Of a stretch of 64,000 bases of DNA, positions 45,465 to 55,253 are shown in pieces. Source of the DNA: Candidatus Latescibacterota bacterium (GTDB lineage Bacteria > Latescibacterota > UBA2968); assembly GCA_965205975.1 (NCBI GenBank), contig OZ242195.1, positions 224,001 to 288,000 of the forward strand. Reading direction: 5' to 3'. The notes beneath the pieces are model-generated. The model made no database searches and was not told the DNA's origin. It saw only the letters and a program-made list of their open reading frames with translations. The translations under genes were made by a program, and so were the position numbers. How positions within the stretch are numbered: position 1 is the first letter of the stretch; each line of letters opens with the position of its first letter.

Positions 45465-46505
45465 ATGGCAGTTAAAACGTGTCTTATGGTGGGCGGCGGT
45501 GGTATGGCAGGGGGCTGGATCAATCGCATGACGCAAAAATTTGGAGATCGCATCAAAATTATCGGTCTCGTCGATGTCAATCGGGATGTGCTGGACCGCC
45601 AGGCGCAGACACTTGGCCTGTCTGAAGATCAACTTTTTACCTCACACGAAGATGCTGTGTCCGCTGTCAAAGCCGATTTTTGTGGTGTGGCAACACCGCC
45701 GCCGTTTCACGCGCCAGCAACAGTTGCCGCGCTTGAGGCGGGCATGCCCGTGATATCTGAGAAGCCGATTGCAGATACGCTCGATGCGGCTAAAGACATG
45801 GTTCGCGCTGCCCAAAAGACGGGCTTGCCCTGCGCCATTATTCAAAATTATCGCTATGCCCGAAACAAACAGGAACTCGTTCGAATTCGCGATGAGGGAC
45901 GCCTCGGTCGGCTGCAGCATATTGTTGGACGATATGCTTGCGATTACCGGGAATTTGAGTCGTGGGGCAAAGCCTGGCGGCATACGATGGAATTTGGTCT
46001 TCTCTTTGAAGGCTCAGTGCATCATTTTGATATGCTGCGCTTTCTTTCGGGCGGCGATCCCGATACGCTTATGGGATTTGGCTGGAATCCCGAATGGTCG
46101 AGTTTTGATCACCATTCAAGCGGGATGTATCTCGTGAATATGGACAATGGCACGCATGCGTTCTACGAGGGGAACAGCTCGGCGGCGGGTATTACCAACT
46201 GCTGGCACCGAGAACACTATCGCGCCGAATTTGAAGAAGGTACGGTCGAAATCGCCGAGGGTGCTACCGTGACTATTCACCGCGTTGGGCAAGAGTCAGA
46301 AGTTTATGAAGCGCCTGAAATTGAATGGGAAGGTCACGATCATCTCTTTGATGAGTTTCTCAATTGGCTCGACGGGGGACCGCCTTCCGAGACGCGCATT
46401 GAAAAGAATATTATTTCGTATGCTATGGTTATCGCCGCAATGGAGACGACGCTGGATGGACAGCCGAAGAAAATCGCAGATTATGTTGAGGATCTTGGAT
46501 TATAG
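45465..46505 (+). CDS. Gfo/Idh/MocA family oxidoreductase
   Basis: MVGGGGMA, ATPPPFH, ISEKPIA, QNYRY, VHHFD. Confidence 0.9.
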   Translation: MAVKTCLMVGGGGMAGGWINRMTQKFGDRIKIIGLVDVNRDVLDRQAQTLGLSEDQLFTSHEDAVSAVKADFCGVATPPPFHAPATVAALEAGMPVISEKPIADTLDAAKDMVRAAQKTGLPCAIIQNYRYARNKQELVRIRDEGRLGRLQHIVGRYACDYREFESWGKAWRHTMEFGLLFEGSVHHFDMLRFLSGGDPDTLMGFGWNPEWSSFDHHSSGMYLVNMDNGTHAFYEGNSSAAGITNCWHREHYRAEFEEGTVEIAEGATVTIHRVGQESEVYEAPEIEWEGHDHLFDEFLNWLDGGPPSETRIEKNIISYAMVIAAMETTLDGQPKKIADYVEDLGL

Positions 46506-46528
46506 GCTTGAGCCTACCAAAATGCAAA

Positions 46529-46562
46529 AAAGTCCCCCGTAACGCTGTTGCGGGGGACTTTG
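46529..46562. terminator. Bidirectional intrinsic terminator
   Basis: Stem aaagtcccccgtaac/gttgcgggggacttt between convergent genes. Confidence 0.72.
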
Positions 46563-46598
46563 AATAAGAAAATGGTGAATTGGTCGTTTTTCTTGCCA

Positions 46599-47402
46599 TT
46601 ACATTCCAGATAAGATTCCCCTGATATATCCCAGCGTGAATGCGAGGTCGCGGTCGATGCCCTCAGGTGTTTTAGAGCCGACGCATTCTACGTAGAGCGG
46701 ACCTGTGAATCCCCCGCCGGTTAGTCCGGATAAGATGCGGTGAAAATCGACTTCGCCATCTCCCGCTGTGGTCTGTACATTGGGGTTGTTGTCGGAATCT
46801 AAGGCGCAATCTTTTATAATCGCTGTTGAGGTGTATTTTGCAATATCATCCACTTCCTGCTCTGGGCGCACTTCGCCGCGCGTGTAGTGAATGATGTTGC
46901 CCGGGTCGTAGCTTATCGCAAATGCGGGATGATTGATCTGGTGATACAGGTCGATCAATTCTTTTGCTGTCAGGCTGATGCCCCCGTGAGGCTTGAGGGA
47001 AATTCCCAGGTCTAAGGTTTCCGCGTGTTCAGAGGCACGGCGCATGACTTCGGGATATATGTCGTAATATTCTTTTTTTCCCGTTCCCAATTCCAATATC
47101 CACTTTGCGCCGAGTTCGGCGGCGTTGTCCAATAATTGTTTATACGCATCTGCTGCACCATCCACGCCGTGCTCCAACAGCGCTCTGCCGAGCAACATGG
47201 ATGGATTGACGCCTGCCTGGGCAGCGGCTTTTTTGGTGGCTGCGATTTGCGCGGCACTGCTTTCATTATTTACGGGTATAACCCCATCGTGTGCAAATAC
47301 AGCTACGTCTGTGTATCCCGCGCTTGCGATGTGTTCACACGCCTCTGCAAATGACAGGGCGTTAAGAGGGCGCGTTGTGCTGCCAATGACCAGTTCCATC
47401 AT
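46599..47402 (-). CDS. Sugar phosphate isomerase/epimerase (xylose-isomerase-like TIM barrel)
   Basis: LKPHGG, YDPGN, IKD, GDGEVDF, GFTGPLYVE. Confidence 0.8.
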   Translation of the reverse strand: MMELVIGSTTRPLNALSFAEACEHIASAGYTDVAVFAHDGVIPVNNESSAAQIAATKKAAAQAGVNPSMLLGRALLEHGVDGAADAYKQLLDNAAELGAKWILELGTGKKEYYDIYPEVMRRASEHAETLDLGISLKPHGGISLTAKELIDLYHQINHPAFAISYDPGNIIHYTRGEVRPEQEVDDIAKYTSTAIIKDCALDSDNNPNVQTTAGDGEVDFHRILSGLTGGGFTGPLYVECVGSKTPEGIDRDLAFTLGYIRGILSGM

Positions 47403-47431
47403 TTACTCCTTCCTTATTTTATCCGGATTGT

Positions 47432-48232
47432 TCATCCGTGGTTGTGAATGTCTTTTCCACAATGTGGGCATTTATCGCCGCGATGAGATTCCTGCATGGC
47501 TTCGACAAATCCGGAACTCAAAATGCCAGCGGGCAAGGCAAACATCCCAACGCCGAGTACGGCAATTATTGCCCCCAGGACTTTGCCCAATGGGGTTATG
47601 GGAAAGACATCGCCGTAGCCCACGGTTGTCAGCGTTACTATTCCCCACCACATGGTTGTTGGAATACTCGAAAATGCTTCGGGTTGTGCATGGTGTTCAA
47701 CAAAGTACATCAAGCTGGATACAATGATTAATAATATAGTCAATGCAAATACCGCAATATAAAGTTCATGGCGTTTATGCCATATTACCTGACCAAACAT
47801 TTGCATAGAACGCGAATAGCGGCCCACTTTGAGCAGGCGAAATAACCGCAACAAGCGCAGGGGGAGCGTGTAATCGGGCGGTATTGTTACGAGCAAGAAG
47901 ACGTAATAGGGAAATATGGCGATGAAATCAATCAGCGCCAGAGGCGTCAGCATAAATGCCAACCTCCCAATCAGGGGGCGCGCGAATTTTGTATCTGCTG
48001 TGCAACACCAGATACGCAGCAGGTATTCAACGGTGAAGATTATCACACATATAGTTTCAAAAATTTCGATAGATTCGCCATAAGTTTTCTTAACTCCCCC
48101 GACGGTTTCGAGTATGACCATTGCCACATTCAAGATAATGAGGGTGAGAATAAAAAGATCAACTATGCGGCTCAGCAGATCTCCTTCCTGGGCTTTTTCC
48201 ATAATTTCATACAAGCGTGTTTTTGCGGTCAT
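47432..48232 (-). CDS. Voltage-gated-type potassium channel (ion transporter)
   Basis: S4-like LRLLRLFRLLK and selectivity filter TTVGYGD. Confidence 0.93.
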   Translation of the reverse strand: MTAKTRLYEIMEKAQEGDLLSRIVDLFILTLIILNVAMVILETVGGVKKTYGESIEIFETICVIIFTVEYLLRIWCCTADTKFARPLIGRLAFMLTPLALIDFIAIFPYYVFLLVTIPPDYTLPLRLLRLFRLLKVGRYSRSMQMFGQVIWHKRHELYIAVFALTILLIIVSSLMYFVEHHAQPEAFSSIPTTMWWGIVTLTTVGYGDVFPITPLGKVLGAIIAVLGVGMFALPAGILSSGFVEAMQESHRGDKCPHCGKDIHNHG

Positions 48233-48306
48233 CGCATTTACCTCCCGCTTCAAAATAGAATTGTTTCGCTGTCTTTACAAGTGAATATTAAGCGGTGAGA
48301 TGTGAT

Positions 48307-48330
48307 GTAGGGGCGAGGCATGCCTCGCCC
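48307..48330 (+). repeat. GTAG-type REP
   Basis: GTAGGGGCGAGGCATGCCTCGCCC, identical to the copy at 16053-16076. Confidence 0.85.
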
Positions 48331-48401
48331 GTTTTAAGATACAAGACGAAAAAAGAAGACAGCGAATAATTTGAGTTGTCTCTCAACACAGGAGATTTTA
48401 T

Positions 48402-50345
48402 TTGTCCGGTTTTTTGAAAAATCCAATTGTTCGAGTTATTTTTGCGATTATTCTTGCAGTGGTTCTGGTAAGCGTTTTGCCGGGGAACAGGGAGCGCGTT
48501 TTACACGAGCAACTGTTGACTGCGATTCCCAAATTGGCGGAGCAGTTTGGCGATTATCCGTGGATGCTGTCGCCAGATGCGGATTATATGTTGCAGAAGG
48601 CTTTTGCCGAAGCACAAGGACGTCGGCCTGATGCGTCTGCTGAGGGGGCTGAGATTGTATTTCGCGGTGCGGCAACTTCCACGGGTTATCACCTCGTTGC
48701 TGGGCGCGGTTCTGATGAACGGGGAGAAGTTTTGTCGCCTGTTACGGCGTGGAGTCTTTTTCCTCCGGTTGCTGCGATTCTGGTGGCTATCATCAGCGGG
48801 CGTCTTATTCTGGGGCTTTCGCTTTCTATTCTCGCGGGGGGCTTTCTCGCGTCGCTGGGTGAACCCCTTTATTATTTGCCGGTTGTTGCGCTGCAAAAAT
48901 CCCTGATTGGCTATGTTTGGACGCCTTTGGAAAGTTCGTTTCAGCTCTATATTCTCGCGTTTACTGCAGGGCTTATCGGTATGGTGCGCGTTACCACGCT
49001 TTCAGGCGGCAATCGCGGCATTGCCAATGTGCTCGCCCGGCGAGCCGAGGGCGCGCGTTCAACGCGGTTGGCGGCATTTTTTATGGGGCTTGCCATTTTT
49101 TTTGATGACTATGCCAATTCTATTGTGGTTGGCTCTACGTTGCGCCCGATAGCGGATCGATTCAGGGTGTCGCGCGAAAAACTCGCGTATATTGTCGATT
49201 CGACCGCCGCCCCTATTGCGGGTATTGCGATTATCAGTACGTGGATTGGATACGAAGTTAGCCTTTTTCAGGATTTGATGACGGATCTCAAGACCGGGCT
49301 GTCGGGGTATCAGCTTTTTTTTAATGCTCTCCCTTTGCGTTTCTATTGTTTGCTCACGCTCACTTTTGTTCTGCTTTCGGCTTATCTTCGCCGCGATTAT
49401 GGGCCTATGCTCGCCGCCGAACGCCGCGCACAAACAACGGGTCAGGTGATGCGCCCTGGCGCGACGCCAATGACGGGTCGCGCACAGGATGAAATTGGTC
49501 CTGTTGAGGGCGTCCGTCCCGTGTGGTGGGCGGCTGTTTTGCCCGTGCTTCTCGTTATTGTGTGCGTTATTGGGGGAATGGCTTTTGATACTTGGAATCA
49601 CGAGAGGGTGCTGGCTGCGCGGCGGGATTATGGTTTGATGAGTAGCGCGTTTTGGAGTGCGTGTTTTTCAAATGCCAATACTGCTCAGGTTCTTTTTATG
49701 GCGGCAATGCTAGGTTCCGCACTCGCGATTGCAATAGCTATTACGCGCAGGCATGGTGAAACAGGTGCGCGGATTATTTCTGTGGGGGATGCTGTCTCGA
49801 CATGGGCGCGCGGTATTGTCGGTGTGTGGTATGCGATTGTTATTCTGATTCTCGCGTGGGCGATCAAAGAGGTCTGCGCGGATGCGGGTACGTCAACTTA
49901 TCTCACCGCAGCACTTTCTCCGCTTATATCCCCGGGACTGCTGCCTTTGTTGATTTTTCTGCTCGCTGCACTTGTCGCCTTTTCTATTGGCACGTCCTGG
50001 ACGACTATGGCGATTCTCATTCCTACGGTTGTTCCGCTGGCACATGCGTTGGGGGGGCTGCCGCTAACTATCCTGGCAGCCGCGGCTGTGCTCGACGGGG
50101 CGATTTTTGGCGATCATTGTTCGCCTATTAGTGATACTACGGTGATGGCGAGTATCGCATCGTCTTGTGACCACCTGGATCACGTTAAAACACAACTTCC
50201 CTACGCGCTGACGACGATGAGTGTCGCGGGCATTTTTGGCTATCTGGGGACGGCACTGATTTATCCGGGTTGGGTTGGGCTTATTTTGGGACTGATCACT
50301 ATTCCAATAATTCTTCTCGCTATAGGTAAAAATCCGGATGAGTAG
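48402..50345 (+). CDS. Na+/H+ antiporter NhaC family protein
   Basis: IFFDDYAN, SREKLAYIVDSTAAP, GTSWTT, GAIFGDHCSPISDTT, HVKTQLPYA. Confidence 0.92.
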   Translation: MSGFLKNPIVRVIFAIILAVVLVSVLPGNRERVLHEQLLTAIPKLAEQFGDYPWMLSPDADYMLQKAFAEAQGRRPDASAEGAEIVFRGAATSTGYHLVAGRGSDERGEVLSPVTAWSLFPPVAAILVAIISGRLILGLSLSILAGGFLASLGEPLYYLPVVALQKSLIGYVWTPLESSFQLYILAFTAGLIGMVRVTTLSGGNRGIANVLARRAEGARSTRLAAFFMGLAIFFDDYANSIVVGSTLRPIADRFRVSREKLAYIVDSTAAPIAGIAIISTWIGYEVSLFQDLMTDLKTGLSGYQLFFNALPLRFYCLLTLTFVLLSAYLRRDYGPMLAAERRAQTTGQVMRPGATPMTGRAQDEIGPVEGVRPVWWAAVLPVLLVIVCVIGGMAFDTWNHERVLAARRDYGLMSSAFWSACFSNANTAQVLFMAAMLGSALAIAIAITRRHGETGARIISVGDAVSTWARGIVGVWYAIVILILAWAIKEVCADAGTSTYLTAALSPLISPGLLPLLIFLLAALVAFSIGTSWTTMAILIPTVVPLAHALGGLPLTILAAAAVLDGAIFGDHCSPISDTTVMASIASSCDHLDHVKTQLPYALTTMSVAGIFGYLGTALIYPGWVGLILGLITIPIILLAIGKNPDE

Positions 50346-50450
50346 CGGTTGATCCATCCCATCGCCACGTCGTGAGATATGAAATCCACGGGCGGTGTAC
50401 AACTGGTCGCAGTCCAGACCACGACGCGAAGGGACACGGAGGGATAGGAT

Positions 50451-50476
50451 GTAGGGGCGATCCCTTGTGGTCGCCC
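50451..50476 (+). repeat. GTAG-type REP
   Basis: GTAGGGGCGATCCCTTGTGGTCGCCC followed by a T-run. Confidence 0.8.
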
Positions 50477-50570
50477 TTTTTTTAGATACAAGTTGATTTT
50501 TTATTATAAATTCGTTTTTTTGTTCAAGAATTTAGTTTTTGCGTACGGGCACACCGGCCAAGGAAAAGGT

Positions 50571-51809
50571 ATGTTATTTCACAGGTTGAAGTTTTCGGGA
50601 CTTTTGTCCTTTGGGCCACAGGGAATCGATTTGCCAATGGAGCCGCTGAACGTCCTGATCGGCCCAAACGGTTCGGGCAAGTCCAACTTTCTGGAGGCGA
50701 TTTCGTTATTCCACGCTGCGCCACGCGGTATCGGGGAACCTATCTCACGCATGGGCGGTATCCGCGAGTGGTTGTGGAAGGGGCTAGAGGCATCGCATTC
50801 GATTACTCTGGAGGCCATGGTTGACTTTCCGTTAAAGGGCCTGTTGCGGCATTACTTGACTCTCACCAACCAGGGTGGGTCTCTCGTGGTGGCTGACGAA
50901 AGAGTCGAACCTACTGAAGGGCATCCCGACGAGCGAGATGGGAGGTCCTACTACCGCCCGCCTAAAGACAAACAGGCGGCGTTAGAGATAACAAATGCCA
51001 ACGCAGAGGCAATGTCAAAGTCCAAAAATGTTAGTGTAGGTGAGTGGTCAGCTCCTCTCTTGGTTGCCCGTTATCGTCCTGGTGCTATCGAGTTCGCGAG
51101 CGAATTTGAACCTGGGCAGTCCTTGCTGTCTCACTCTGCCTTACCGGATTATCGGGCACTTTGGCATCTAAAGGAGCAGTACACGCGTATTCGTCTCTAC
51201 CGAAACTGGTCGTTCGGACCTGGCGCAAATTTACGCCTACCCTGCAACGCACACGCCCGTAGCGATTTTCTGGATGAGGGCGCTGAGAACCTACCGCTCG
51301 TGCTGTCCCAACTGCAGGGGGCGCAAAAGAAAAAGCTCCTCAGCGCGTTGGGCAAGCTATTCGATGGCATTGTCGATGTGCAGTGTCCTGTAACGGGCGG
51401 TACGGTGGCGTTATTTCTCGAAGAAGAGGGCGACCGCTCAATTCCGGCCACACGCCTTTCGGATGGAACACTGCGTTACTTGAGCCTGTTGGCTGTCTTG
51501 TTGCATCCCGAACCACCGCCTCTGATTTGTATTGAGGAACCGGAATTGGGGTTGCACCCCGATCTACTGCCCACGTTGAGTGACTTGATGTACGAAGCGT
51601 CTAAGCGCAGTCAAGTAATTGTTACGACCCATTCCGATGTGCTTGTGGATACGTTGACTGATAAGCCAGAGAGTGTCGTGGTCTGCGAGAAGCACGATGG
51701 ACAGACGGAGATGCGCCGTCTCGATAAGGACGATCTGGCAAAGTGGTTGGAGAAATACAGACTGGGCGATCTTTGGACTTCGGGTGAGTTGGGCGGAAAT
51801 CGATGGTGA
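50571..51809 (+). CDS. AAA_21 / ABC-type ATPase (COG4637-like)
   Basis: LNVLIGPNGSGKSN, LSDGTLRYL, ICIEEPELGLHP, QVIVTTHS, C-terminal LGDLWTSGELGG. Confidence 0.88.
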   Translation: MLFHRLKFSGLLSFGPQGIDLPMEPLNVLIGPNGSGKSNFLEAISLFHAAPRGIGEPISRMGGIREWLWKGLEASHSITLEAMVDFPLKGLLRHYLTLTNQGGSLVVADERVEPTEGHPDERDGRSYYRPPKDKQAALEITNANAEAMSKSKNVSVGEWSAPLLVARYRPGAIEFASEFEPGQSLLSHSALPDYRALWHLKEQYTRIRLYRNWSFGPGANLRLPCNAHARSDFLDEGAENLPLVLSQLQGAQKKKLLSALGKLFDGIVDVQCPVTGGTVALFLEEEGDRSIPATRLSDGTLRYLSLLAVLLHPEPPPLICIEEPELGLHPDLLPTLSDLMYEASKRSQVIVTTHSDVLVDTLTDKPESVVVCEKHDGQTEMRRLDKDDLAKWLEKYRLGDLWTSGELGGNRW

Positions 51810-52399
51810 CGGCAACACTATATATTGAAGGTGGTGGAGAAGGTAGAGAACTCGGTGCGCGTTTCCGCGAGGGTTGGAATGAATTTTTCGAATCCGCTGG
51901 TGTTGGTAGCAGGACCAAGATTGTACGAGGAGGCACACGGCGACAGACCTTTGACCGATTTGCCACAGCCGTTGAGGTAGGTCGTCCCGATACGGTTCCA
52001 ATCTTGCTTGTCGATAGCGAGGCTCCTGTTGCAGCGAGAAATTCAGTGTGGCAGCATTTGCACACCCGCGATGGTTGGGCTCAGCCTTCCGATGCTGGCG
52101 TCGATCAAGCATTTCTGATGGTTCAAATTATGGAGACCTGGTTCTTAGCCGATCGGGTTGCGTTGCGAGAGTACTTTGGCGCGGGGTTTAGACAGAACGC
52201 ATTCAAGCAATGGTCCAACTTAGAGGGTCTGCCCAAATCAACAGTCGATAATGTACTTAGACGAGCCACCGCCTCCTGCTCCAAACGCTATTCCAAGGGC
52301 AAGGTCTCATTTGAGTTGCTGGCGCAAATTGACCCTACTCTTGTCGAAAATGAATGCCCGCATGCTAAAGCACTTCTGGATCGGTTGAGGAATTTGTGA
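51803..52399 (+). CDS. DUF4276-like protein (TOPRIM-like partner of the ATPase)
   Basis: LYIEGGG, LLVDSE, MVQIMETWFLAD, YSKG, CP; overlaps the ATPase stop. Confidence 0.78.
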   Translation: MVTATLYIEGGGEGRELGARFREGWNEFFESAGVGSRTKIVRGGTRRQTFDRFATAVEVGRPDTVPILLVDSEAPVAARNSVWQHLHTRDGWAQPSDAGVDQAFLMVQIMETWFLADRVALREYFGAGFRQNAFKQWSNLEGLPKSTVDNVLRRATASCSKRYSKGKVSFELLAQIDPTLVENECPHAKALLDRLRNL

Positions 52400-52609
52400 T
52401 GAACTGGCGACATAGATGTCCCTATAGTTTCTCGGCAATGCCAGCAGTTTAAGACCATAATTTTAGTTGATTTTTGCCAACCAAACCCTAACCGGCTTTT
52501 GCCGGTCTTTTCTTTTTGCGCTCTATTGTTTTCTTGACTTCTATTTGCAAGTGATTCATGTATGCTCTGTCGTGTTTTTTCGGGGTTCGAGATTTTGAAG
52601 GAGTTTGCT

Positions 52610-53560
52610 ATGACCATTCAGGAGCAGTTGCACTACGAGCAGGTGAATGATGAGTCGCTGAGTTTTTTCAAAGCGATTGGTGTTGACTATCTGACGATTA
52701 ATCCGTCGATGGATATGCGCGATGGCAAAGACCGCCGCGCGTACTGGGAAGAGGTGCGAGATAGAGCCGCCGATCACGGCCTGGTTTTGCGGAATGCCGC
52801 CAGTTATGGTTGGGATGAGTTTACTCTGGGTCTGGAAGATCGAGATGAAAAAATAGATGCCTGGTGTATGTTTATCCGCAATTTGGGAGAAGCGGGCATA
52901 CCTACTTTGGGATACAATTTTAAGCCAATTGGCAATTTTCGCACAGAGTCGGCGACGGGTCGCGGTGGCGTCAAATACAGCACGTTTGATTACGACGAAT
53001 GGGCGCGCGAGCGCGTGTATGTTCCCGACAAAGTAATTTCAGAAGCTGGCATGTGGGAAAATATCGAATACTTTTTGAAGCGCGTGATACCCGTGGCCGA
53101 AGAATACGGTGTGAGGATGGCATTGCATCCGGATGATCCGCCCATTCCCGAACCGATGGGCGGGGCTGCTCGTATTGTATCGACGTTGGAGCAATATCAC
53201 CGCATCTTTGACCTTGCTCCCAGCCCGTGCAATGCCATGCTATTTTGTCAGGGCTGCGTGGCTGAAATGGGCGAAGATGTTTGCGAAGCGATACGCGATA
53301 TTGGCGGTCGGGACAAAATTGTGTACGTGCATTTTCGAGATATTCAGGGTTCGCCGAGAAGTTTTCGAGAGGTGTTTATCGATGAGGGACAAAACGATAT
53401 GCACAAGGCGATGCAAACCTATAAGGATGTGGGGTTTAATGGCCCGTTTATGATGGATCATACCCCCAGGTTCTGGCAATCGGGTACTGAGTGGGCTGGG
53501 CGCGCGTTTGCCGTGGGGTACATGCGTGCGTTGATTCAGGCGGTTTATCAGGAAAGGTGA
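52610..53560 (+). CDS. Mannonate dehydratase (UxuA) family protein
   Basis: GIPTLGYNF, WENIEYFLKRVIPVAEEYGVRMALHPDDPP, VHFRD, MMDHTP, AFAVGYM. AAGGAG RBS. Confidence 0.85.
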   Translation: MTIQEQLHYEQVNDESLSFFKAIGVDYLTINPSMDMRDGKDRRAYWEEVRDRAADHGLVLRNAASYGWDEFTLGLEDRDEKIDAWCMFIRNLGEAGIPTLGYNFKPIGNFRTESATGRGGVKYSTFDYDEWARERVYVPDKVISEAGMWENIEYFLKRVIPVAEEYGVRMALHPDDPPIPEPMGGAARIVSTLEQYHRIFDLAPSPCNAMLFCQGCVAEMGEDVCEAIRDIGGRDKIVYVHFRDIQGSPRSFREVFIDEGQNDMHKAMQTYKDVGFNGPFMMDHTPRFWQSGTEWAGRAFAVGYMRALIQAVYQER

Positions 53561-53572
53561 AAGGAGAGCAAT

Positions 53573-54562
53573 ATGGGTAAGAAGCCAGCGAGTTCTCAGA
53601 AGGTCGTCAAGGTTGCCATGATCGGTGCGGGGGGGCGGTCGCGCAGTGTACACTATCCCTCGCTGAACGATATGGACGATGTCAAAATGGTGGCCGTGTG
53701 TGAGTTGAATGAAGTGCGTATGATCGAGGTGGCGGGGGAATACGATATTCCAGCGCGATACACCAATTATGTGACGATGATAGAACGGGAAAAACCCGAT
53801 GTGGTTTATGCGATTATGCCACCGCATCACATATACGATCTGGCAGCAAATATTATGGAGATGGGCGTTAACATCATCATTGAAAAACCACCTTCAGTAA
53901 CGACTGAACAGGCCAAACAGATGGCGTTGTTGGCGAAAAAGAACAATGTGATTACGGGCGTGACATTCCAGAGGCGGTTTGCGCCAGTGATCCGCACGGG
54001 AAAAGAAATATGTGAAAAAAATGGGCCGGTGCACAGTGCGGCGTCGTATTTTTATAAAAACGAAGTGGGCGGGCGACCCATTTACAAGGGCGCGATGGAA
54101 AAACTGACCTGCGATGGTATTCACGCGGTGGATACGCTGCGATATTTGTGTGGTGGAGAGGTAGAAGCCGTGGCGAGCGATGTGCGGCGATTGGACGCTA
54201 CGTTTAGAAATATGCACACTGCGCTGGTGAAGTTTTCGTCTGGCGCGACAGGTGTGCTACAAAATTGTTACATGATGGGACGTCGGATGTTCACGGTGGA
54301 GGTGCATTCGACGGGTATTTCGATGTTTGGCGATCCCGAAGAGGGCGGGCAGGTATTTGCCGATGGCAAAGTCGAACCCGTGCGCACGCTCGATCCCTGG
54401 ACGCTGAGCGAAAGCGAGAAGCCACATGTCGCTTTTGGAGCTTATGCCATTAATCGCCATTTTATCGATTGCGTAAAAACGGGGCAACAACCCGAAACAA
54501 ATTTTGAAGATGCGGCAAAATCTATGGAATTGGTCGATGCGATTTACGATTCGCAAATCTGA
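53573..54562 (+). CDS. Gfo/Idh/MocA family oxidoreductase
   Basis: MIGAGG, IIEKP, FQRRF, IHAVD. Confidence 0.9.
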   Translation: MGKKPASSQKVVKVAMIGAGGRSRSVHYPSLNDMDDVKMVAVCELNEVRMIEVAGEYDIPARYTNYVTMIEREKPDVVYAIMPPHHIYDLAANIMEMGVNIIIEKPPSVTTEQAKQMALLAKKNNVITGVTFQRRFAPVIRTGKEICEKNGPVHSAASYFYKNEVGGRPIYKGAMEKLTCDGIHAVDTLRYLCGGEVEAVASDVRRLDATFRNMHTALVKFSSGATGVLQNCYMMGRRMFTVEVHSTGISMFGDPEEGGQVFADGKVEPVRTLDPWTLSESEKPHVAFGAYAINRHFIDCVKTGQQPETNFEDAAKSMELVDAIYDSQI

Positions 54563-54567
54563 AAATC

Positions 54568-54648
54568 ATCCACAGATGGACGCAGATGAAAGGCAGGAGG
54601 TAAAGAGGGACTGGGGATTGGGCGAGGTGGACTGACCACTGACTACTC
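54568..54648 (+). repeat. Degenerate decamer array copy 5 plus heptamer remnants
   Basis: atccacagatgga-cgcagatgaa; also gggactg-gggattg and actgacc-actgact. Confidence 0.6.
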
Positions 54649-55248
54649 TTACAACAAATGTCCATTTCCACGCGTTCGGCGTTTTACTTCGCGCAGAGTG
54701 ACGAGTGACTTTTCGAGTGCATTGGACACGGTTTCGAGGCGTTTGTTGGGTGAGGTATTTTCCAGAAGTTCTTGTTGTTCGTCGAGGGATAAGGTGAGAT
54801 TCGCTGCGAGGATGTATGAGAGTGTACCCAGTTCCATGGCGGGTATTGGGGGCGATATCCAGCCCGATGAGAGCTTCAGGGCTTCGGTATAGAGTTTTTT
54901 GGCGCGGTTCCCCAAAGCGATGTCAAAGGCTTCGTCATCGTCTTCTACGTCTTCCACAAAGCCCGATATATACGGATGGATATCGTATTGCTGAATGACG
55001 CGAAAGCGTCGCGTTCCTTCAATCATGATGTTCATTCGGCCGTCTGGAAAACGATTGAGCAGGCCGACAACACGCGCCGCGCATCCGATGTCGCTAAAAT
55101 CATCGTCCGTACCCCATACAAGACCAAATTCGGTATCGTTGTCGAGACACTCACCGATCATTTGCTTGTATCGCTCTTCGAAGATGTGCAAGGGTACACG
55201 CCGGTGTGGTAGCAGCACCAGATCAAGGGGAAAGAGGGGCAGTTCCAT
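54649..55248 (-). CDS. LON peptidase N-terminal substrate-binding domain protein
   Basis: LPLFPL.LVL.P, PLHIFEERYKQMI, DGRMNI...G.RRF, QELLE...RL. Confidence 0.9.
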   Translation of the reverse strand: MELPLFPLDLVLLPHRRVPLHIFEERYKQMIGECLDNDTEFGLVWGTDDDFSDIGCAARVVGLLNRFPDGRMNIMIEGTRRFRVIQQYDIHPYISGFVEDVEDDDEAFDIALGNRAKKLYTEALKLSSGWISPPIPAMELGTLSYILAANLTLSLDEQQELLENTSPNKRLETVSNALEKSLVTLREVKRRTRGNGHLL

Positions 55249-55253
55249 TGGGG

